Assembly: GCA_032128875.1 (NCBI GenBank)
Contig: JAVLKG010000013.1
Location: forward strand, 1 to 64,000
Length of the DNA: 64,000 nt
Source: Candidatus Melainabacteria bacterium 17Bon1m
GTDB taxonomy: Bacteria; Cyanobacteriota; Vampirovibrionia; Obscuribacterales; Obscuribacteraceae
Direction of reading: 5' to 3'
This document shows, piece by piece, positions 58,142 through 64,000 of the stretch. The stretch's first letter is position 1. Each line of letters opens with the position of its first letter. Made by a program: the position numbers and the translations under genes. The notes under the pieces are model-generated. The model worked only from the letters and a program-made list of their open reading frames with translations. It was not told the DNA's origin and ran no database searches.

Positions 58142-58300
58142 CTCCGAAAAACAGAAGTTTTTCGGAGTGCGGATCTCCCAAAAGCTAGTTGCTGCAAGGC
58201 TCTGCGGATTTCTTGTCCGACAAAAACCACCGATCCCCGAAAGCGTTGTCCTGCAAGGTGTTTGCGATTTTGTTCTCCGAAAAATATCGGTTTTTCGGAG
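58142..58300. repeat. two palindromes with identical arms enclosing two direct repeats
   Basis: CTCCGAAAAA-N6-TTTTTCGGAG at 58142 and 58275; GATC..AAAGC..CTGCAAGG..GATTT twice between them. Confidence 0.75.
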
Positions 58301-58475
58301 GAAAGACCAAAAGGAATCCAAATCACCCATCTCCAGACTGAAGTTTGAAGCAGCCCCTATTACACAGCAAAGTAGTGCAACCGCCTGTACTGGCGCGGAA
58401 CTAGTGTTTACCCGGGAGTGAAAATTGCAACTCTTTTGCATAATGGATTTCAGAGACAAGCGTGGGGTGTTGTCG

Positions 58476-58991
58476 ATGAACAACGAAGTGATTCAGAAGG
58501 ACTTTAGCGGTGGCGGCGGCAGGGCTGGTGGTGTGATTCTTCTGGTCACGGCATTTTGTCTGATGGGCTATTTCGGACGCCCGTTCCTTCGAACGTTGGG
58601 CATAGCGGTTCCGCCCGCAGAGACGGTACAGTCGGTTCCACCGGTCGCTCCTGTCGAGCCTGCCGAAGTATACGTACCTGCTGAAGTCAATGTGCCTGCC
58701 GAGACAGTGGTTTCTGACTCGTTCAATCCAAGTGTGAGAAACACTGATGATTATTTGGTAGCTGCGCAAAACCTGCCTGAAGGAAAAGTTTTGACTGGAA
58801 ACGACCTGAAGATAATCAAAATGCCGGGGCTGCGCGGCTACGAGTTGGCGTTCTACAAGTTTCAGCCGGTAGTTGGAATGAAACTCTCGCATGCGGTCCC
58901 CTATGGGCAGCCAGTGCTGCCATATCACGTCGAAGAATCGATGGCGGCGCGCAGCTACAACAACCTTTCGCCTGGTGAGCGTGAACAATAG
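58476..58991 (+). CDS. TM plus SAF-domain protein
   Basis: LVAAQNLPEGKVLT..DL, VVGMKL...VPYGQPV. Confidence 0.75.
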   Translation: MNNEVIQKDFSGGGGRAGGVILLVTAFCLMGYFGRPFLRTLGIAVPPAETVQSVPPVAPVEPAEVYVPAEVNVPAETVVSDSFNPSVRNTDDYLVAAQNLPEGKVLTGNDLKIIKMPGLRGYELAFYKFQPVVGMKLSHAVPYGQPVLPYHVEESMAARSYNNLSPGEREQ

Positions 58992-59066
58992 CCATCGCAA
59001 GCATTAACCATCGCAAGCATTAGCCATCACAAGCAATAGCCATCACAAGCAATAGCCATCGCAATC
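58987..59066. repeat. 16-bp tandem repeat x5
   Basis: AWTARCCATCRCAAKC units, contiguous. Confidence 0.9.
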
Positions 59067-59143
59067 ACCAGCGCATAAATGTTTCCTGTACGCAGGACTG
59101 ATCGTATTTGCGTCTCTGCTAATAATGGAAATATTGGATTCCG

Positions 59144-59557
59144 GTGAGACTGAGAGTGATCGACGAAAAACAAGACACAGTTACCGAAGAGTCTCTTCTG
59201 GAAAGATACAAGAACGGCATGGGCGCCGTTGCCTTCCTCGCGGTGATTATGCCAGTTCTGATCACGTTGTGGGTGGTGAATTACCATCCAGAGTTTCGAA
59301 TCCCGCTATCTGAGCAGCGCGTGAAGCAGGCAGCATCGCCATCTATTAGCCGAACCGAAAGCCTAGTTGTAAGAGCTAAGCAGGATATCCCGAGGGGGAT
59401 CACTGTCACAGACGAAATGCTAGAACTGGTTTGGGTTCCTGAAGAGTCAAACTTTGAGCCGTTGGTACTAAATTTGGCAGACGCTGTCGGTTTGAGAACT
59501 ACCGAAGAAATTCCACGCGGCCGATTGATCCGGAGAGCTCAAATCGTGGCGCAGTAA
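59144..59557 (+). CDS. TM plus SAF-domain protein
   Basis: VVRAKQDIPRG.TVT..ML, DAVGLRT.EEIPRG. Confidence 0.75.
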   Translation: MRLRVIDEKQDTVTEESLLERYKNGMGAVAFLAVIMPVLITLWVVNYHPEFRIPLSEQRVKQAASPSISRTESLVVRAKQDIPRGITVTDEMLELVWVPEESNFEPLVLNLADAVGLRTTEEIPRGRLIRRAQIVAQ

Positions 59558-59778
59558 GGTTGTAGGCAATAGAGTCGTGCATGTGCTCACTCTAGGTCAA
59601 TTGGTCTGTCCATACCATTTGGGTGCTGTTTCAGATTTAAGTGAAACAACGAAAGAGCAATAGTCAGCGCTCGTGAGGTTTTTGGGCGCTTTGTTTAAGC
59701 AATGATTATGGCCGAGCTTGTTGTCAAGTAGAGTCGATATGATGCCCAACAAGTCCCTCGTTGGAGCGTGGTCCAAAA

Positions 59779-60024
59779 ATGTTCTCGATTCTCGACATTC
59801 TGTTCTTCTTTTTGCCAGGACGTCATCATCATCACGGTTGGGGTTATTCGTCTTCCTATGATTGCCGGTCGGCATCACAGGTCGATTCCGACTTTCGCAT
59901 CTTCGGTTTCATTTTGGGCTGGGTCATATTGGCGGCAGTTGTCATACTCGCCCTGTACGCATTCGTACCGAATTTCCACCTTCCACTTGTCGAGAGATAT
60001 TTACCCGTCTCCGTCGGCAGCTAG
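59779..60024 (+). CDS. small membrane protein with His4 stretch
   Basis: GGAG upstream; RHHHHG; one TM helix. Confidence 0.5.
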   Translation: MFSILDILFFFLPGRHHHHGWGYSSSYDCRSASQVDSDFRIFGFILGWVILAAVVILALYAFVPNFHLPLVERYLPVSVGS

Positions 60025-60457
60025 TTAAGCGTTCGCGCAATCGCTGTTGACATGCGCTTCTCAAGAGCGCGAGGCTCGCGCGAATGGTAACTCTATGATT
60101 TTCATCAAAGCCTATCTAGAGGCCTAAGTGGCCCAGTTTTAGTAAAAACCAGAAATAAGCCTCGCTTTGGGAAACTTCCAGGCGCGTGCAAGCCCGACTA
60201 TCAGTACGCGTTAGGTCTAACGCATATGCTAGAACGAAGACCGGAAGCCAACAATTTTCTCTCTTGAGAAAACCCTCTTAAATCAACACCTCCTCCCGGC
60301 GTTCACGTATCAGCATTTCTGTCCCTTCGGACAGTGGCTCTGCGCCTGCTTCCGCGCCACCACTGGTGCACTGCACCTCTAAGAAAAGTCCGGCTCGAAC
60401 GACTTAGTGTTCGGGTTAACGGACGTTGAAATCACAACTGAATAAGGAGCATGAGCA

Positions 60458-61834
60458 ATGAAGACCAGCTCTCTCCTGCGTTCGCTATGGCGTATCCCGA
60501 TGGCTCGCAAAGCCATTGTTCGATACGCATCGGACGCATGGTTGCTTGAATTTACCCAGCGAGCCCACTTCGAGTGGTTTCGCCGGAATCAAAACCCCCG
60601 TACCGGTCTTGTGAAAGACCGCGACCAACCGAAGGCTCCTGCCAGCGTTGCTGCTACTGGATTTGCACTTGTTGCTTATCCGATTGCGGCGAGCCGCGGC
60701 TGGATAACGCACGACGAAGCCCTGACTTACGTCAGCAAGACTCTTCGGGCGCTATCTGAAGCCCCGCAAGGACCTGAGCGCGAAGGCGTAAGCGGCAATT
60801 GGGGTATGTTCTACCACTTCCTCGATCCCGACACCGCCACTCGCGCAGTCGCTCCGAAGTTCTGGGACAGCGAGTTGTCGACCATCGACACTGCACTGCT
60901 GATTGCCGGCGTGCTTTTCGCTGGTTGCTACTTCGACGGTGACAACACGCACGAGAAGGGCATCCGCTACATGGCGGACAATCTCTACAAGCGTGTCGAG
61001 TGGAAGCGGTTTGTCAGGGAAGACAACTTGATTTTGCACGCATGGACGCCGGAGCGCGGCATGTGGGACCCAGTCTATCGCGGTTATAGCGAAGCGTTGC
61101 TTCTCTATGTTCTTGCGCTTGGCTCCCCCACGCATGCGGCTCCGGCTGCCAGTTGGCAGGCATTCATCGGGGACGCGCAGACTGAAACGCACTACGGGCA
61201 GACGTTCATTCGCATGCACGGAATGCCGCTCTTCTGCTATCAGTACCCGCAGGCGTTCATCGATTTCCGTGGTATCACCGACGATGTCGGTCGCCGCCTC
61301 GGCTTTGACTACCACGAAAACGCTCGCCGCGCCTCGCTTGCGCAGCACAGCTACGCAGTGGTCAATCCGAACAACATGCGCGGCTACAGCTCGGTGAACT
61401 GGGGTCTGACTGCATGCGATGGACCTGGAGGCGGTCGCAAGATCGTCGACGGGCGTGAAGTGGATTTCCGCGGATATAGCGAACGCGGTGGTCCCATGGG
61501 CTTCGACGACGGAACGATCGCACCGACTGCGGCGCTGTCGGCGATGCCCTTTGTTCCGATCAACTCGAAGGCCGCGCTGCGTCACTGGCTCAGCGACCGT
61601 CCCGAGCTGTTCGATTTGGATCTCGGTTTTGTCGACGCGTTTAATCCGACGTTCGACAACCGGACTTACAACGGCTGGGTTGATGCTGAGCGCATCGGCA
61701 TCGACCAGGGTCCAATCGTTCTCATGTTGGAAAACTATGAGAGCGGCTTGGTCTGGAACGTGATGCGTCGCAACGAACATCTCAAACGCGGGCTCAAGGC
61801 TGCCGGATTCTCCGGTGGCTGGCTGAACTCGTAA
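60458..61834 (+). CDS. glucoamylase-like protein, probable GH144 beta-1,2-glucanase
   Basis: GLVKDR, SVAATGF, GMFYHF, ELSTIDTA, YSEA, WGLTACDGP, DGTIAP, GIDQG. Confidence 0.85.
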   Translation: MKTSSLLRSLWRIPMARKAIVRYASDAWLLEFTQRAHFEWFRRNQNPRTGLVKDRDQPKAPASVAATGFALVAYPIAASRGWITHDEALTYVSKTLRALSEAPQGPEREGVSGNWGMFYHFLDPDTATRAVAPKFWDSELSTIDTALLIAGVLFAGCYFDGDNTHEKGIRYMADNLYKRVEWKRFVREDNLILHAWTPERGMWDPVYRGYSEALLLYVLALGSPTHAAPAASWQAFIGDAQTETHYGQTFIRMHGMPLFCYQYPQAFIDFRGITDDVGRRLGFDYHENARRASLAQHSYAVVNPNNMRGYSSVNWGLTACDGPGGGRKIVDGREVDFRGYSERGGPMGFDDGTIAPTAALSAMPFVPINSKAALRHWLSDRPELFDLDLGFVDAFNPTFDNRTYNGWVDAERIGIDQGPIVLMLENYESGLVWNVMRRNEHLKRGLKAAGFSGGWLNS

Positions 61835-61847
61835 GGCAATTTGTCCT

Positions 61848-61900
61848 GTAGGGGTGGCGCATGCGCCGCCCTGTCAGGGAGCCGCATACGGCTCCCCTGC
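61848..61900. repeat. REP-like palindrome pair
   Basis: GTAGGGGTGGCGCATGCGCCGCCC..GGGAGCCGCATACGGCTCCCCTGC. Confidence 0.75.
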
Positions 61901-61927
61901 GAGGACGAGATAACAGGGAATCGAAAA

Positions 61928-63352
61928 ATGGGACACAAACAGGAAACTACCGCTCAGAAGCGTGTGATCGATGCTGCAATCTCCGGGTTGCCTGCGCACT
62001 TCAAGTTCGGCGCCGCTACGTCTGCCTACCAGATCGAAGGTGCTGCCTTGGCTGACGGCCGCGGACCCTGCATCTGGGATACTTTCCTCGCCGACAAGAG
62101 TCGTCCGCATTCAGGCGACACCGGCGAGGTGGCGTGCGATCACTATCACCGATTCCGCGAAGACATCGCCATCATGAAGGAGCTGGGGCTCGATGCCTAC
62201 AGGTTCTCCATCTCGTGGTCGCGTATCTTCCCGGAAGGTACGGGCGAGATCAATCGCGCCGGCCTGCAGTTCTACAACGACCTGGTGGACGAGCTTCTGG
62301 CTGCGGGCATCACGCCCTACGTCACGCTCTATCACTGGGATCTGCCGCTCAAGCTCCAGGAGAAGTGGGGCGGGTGGCTGTCGCGTTCGACTCTGCACGC
62401 TTTCGCGCGCTACGCGGAAGTGATGGTGCAAGAACTCGGCGATCGCGTGAAGCACTGGACCACTTTCAACGAGCCGGAAGTTATCATCGCCGGCTACATC
62501 GGAAACGGCATGGCGCCTGCGTACAATCGCGGCGACGTCGCTTTCCACGTCGGGCACAACCTGATGGTTGCGCACGGACTCGCCGCCAAGGCAATCCGCA
62601 AGGCGAGCCCCGATGCGAAGGTGGGCATCGTGCTCAACTTCAACATCGTCGACCCGAAGGACAACACTGAAGCGTGCCGAATTGCCGCTCACAAGCGGTA
62701 TCTGCGCGCGTACTCGTGGTATCTGGACGGACTGCTCAATGGCGAATATCCGCCTGAGGTCGTCGAGGAACTCTCGAAGACGCCGGAGCTGCCGGGTGTT
62801 CGCCCGTATCCGAAGCGCCACGGCAATGCCAACTGGATCAAGCGTGGCGACATGAAGTTGATCTCCCAGGAGCTCGACTACATGGGCATCAACTATTACA
62901 CGCGCTTTGTCGTGGACGAGAACGGTCACGACTACGTAACGCCTGACGTCGCGCGCACGCAGATGGGCTGGCAGATCTACCCGTTCGGTCTGGCTCGTCT
63001 CATGGACGAGATGCACCGGCACTACAAGCTGCCTCCCATCTACATCACTGAGAACGGCGCCGCTCTCGACGACACTCTCACCGTCACTACCGACGGAGCC
63101 AGTGTCAACGACGAACAGCGTGCAAAGTTCATCGTCGACCACCTGGGCGCCCTGTCGGCCGCATGTTCGGCGGGTGTGGACGTGCGCGGCTATTTCGTCT
63201 GGTCGCTCCTGGACAATTTGGAGTGGCCGCTCGGATTCGCCAAGACCTTCGGCATCGTGCACGTCGACCGCGCCAACGGTCTGAAGCGCACGGTGAAGGA
63301 GTCCGGTCGCACTTACGCTCGTGCCATCCACCGGCACAAGCTGCGTCGCTGA
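61928..63352 (+). CDS. GH1 beta-glucosidase
   Basis: ATSAYQIEGA, YHWDLP, TFNEP, ITENG, WSLLDNLEW. Confidence 0.95.
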   Translation: MGHKQETTAQKRVIDAAISGLPAHFKFGAATSAYQIEGAALADGRGPCIWDTFLADKSRPHSGDTGEVACDHYHRFREDIAIMKELGLDAYRFSISWSRIFPEGTGEINRAGLQFYNDLVDELLAAGITPYVTLYHWDLPLKLQEKWGGWLSRSTLHAFARYAEVMVQELGDRVKHWTTFNEPEVIIAGYIGNGMAPAYNRGDVAFHVGHNLMVAHGLAAKAIRKASPDAKVGIVLNFNIVDPKDNTEACRIAAHKRYLRAYSWYLDGLLNGEYPPEVVEELSKTPELPGVRPYPKRHGNANWIKRGDMKLISQELDYMGINYYTRFVVDENGHDYVTPDVARTQMGWQIYPFGLARLMDEMHRHYKLPPIYITENGAALDDTLTVTTDGASVNDEQRAKFIVDHLGALSAACSAGVDVRGYFVWSLLDNLEWPLGFAKTFGIVHVDRANGLKRTVKESGRTYARAIHRHKLRR

Positions 63353-63492
63353 AGTTGAAACTCTGACGGGAGCCGCACGCGGCTCCCGTCAGGACGAACG
63401 CAGGGCGCCGAGGAGGCGTCCGTAGTGAGTTTGGGAAGCGCGCGGAAGTTGAGGCAAAGCCGAAACTGGAGCGCTAACAAAAGGTTTTAGCA

Positions 63493-64000
63493 ATGTCAGA
63501 CCAAAATGACAAAAGCAATTCGGGTGCAGTGATTGTGCTCGACGATTGCAGTGATGCATCGAATTGGGAGGTGCATGCGACCGAAGGTGTCGTTGCGCTG
63601 GTCGAGGTCGTTGACAGCGAGGGAAGTGACGGGCACAAGAGCCTGCGCAAAAACCTGCGACTGGACTACGACTTCAACGGACGAGCGGGTTTCGCGCTCA
63701 TCCGCAAGAAGGTGGAGCTCGCGCTCCCCGAAAATTACGCGCTGACGTTCGGCGTTCGCGGGCAGTCGCCCGACAACACGCTCGAACTGAAGCTCGTCAA
63801 TGAGGCTCAGGACACGGTCTGGTGGGTTAATCGCCCCAGCTTCAAGTTCCCCTCCGAGACAGTCGAGCTGCGCAACAAGGCGCGCCACTTCTCGTATGCA
63901 TGGGGACCGGACAAGTCTCGTCTTGTCGATGTTCGCTACATCGAGCTCTGCGTGACTGCCACCAATGGCGGCAAGGGTTCTGTGTGGTTCGACAATCTCA
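63493..64000 (+). CDS. partial CDS running off the window; N-terminal carbohydrate-binding-like domain
   Basis: my translation MSDQNDK..LRLDYDFNGRAG..NTLELKLV..VWW..AWGP..GKGSVWFDNL stays open to the edge; absent from the ORF track because it has no stop. Confidence 0.75.
   Translation, partial: MSDQNDKSNSGAVIVLDDCSDASNWEVHATEGVVALVEVVDSEGSDGHKSLRKNLRLDYDFNGRAGFALIRKKVELALPENYALTFGVRGQSPDNTLELKLVNEAQDTVWWVNRPSFKFPSETVELRNKARHFSYAWGPDKSRLVDVRYIELCVTATNGGKGSVWFDNL

Noticed and set aside
58987-59066. Possible CRISPR array
   Set aside because: Contiguous 16-bp units without spacers, and no cas genes.
1-64000. tRNA, rRNA or known riboswitches in the long leaders
   Set aside because: No cloverleaf or recognisable aptamer consensus by eye; an Infernal/Rfam scan is needed to exclude them.

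Overview
Bacterial chromosomal window with about 60 supportable CDSs and one IS1595-family transposase. I recognised no rRNA, tRNA, CRISPR array or integrase. Gene style suggests non-photosynthetic Cyanobacteria relatives (Melainabacteria/Obscuribacterales-like), but that is an unverified inference. The window is a mosaic. Backbone-like genes (methyltransferase, Leu/Val/Phe dehydrogenase, class V aminotransferase, HD hydrolase, MocR regulator, HAD phosphatase) alternate with about 14 self-contained transcription units that look G/C-richer by eye. These units are: a poly-gamma-glutamate hydrolase; a pair of SLOG/LSDAT proteins; an NAD kinase; MFS plus cyanophycinase; two HExxH proteins plus a thioesterase; a His-phosphatase; a MoxR/VWA/TPR/DUF58/S41 operon; a metallophosphoesterase; a DHA2 MFS; a ClpP-like protease; a debranching-type glycosidase; Aas/PlsC; a serpin; and a GH144/GH1 locus. 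The most striking signal is non-coding. Nearly every such unit ends, usually just past its terminator T-tract, in the same spaced palindrome: consensus TACTA-N7-TAGTA (variant AACGA-N7-TAGTA), 14 copies found by eye, 3 of them perfect, including copies in convergent gaps. Many units also begin with a TTGnnn-N17/18-TAGnnT promoter and a long pyrimidine-rich leader. This suggests an undescribed cassette-like acquisition system or a 3'-end DNA-binding system. All calls are by-eye motif recognition; no database searches were run.
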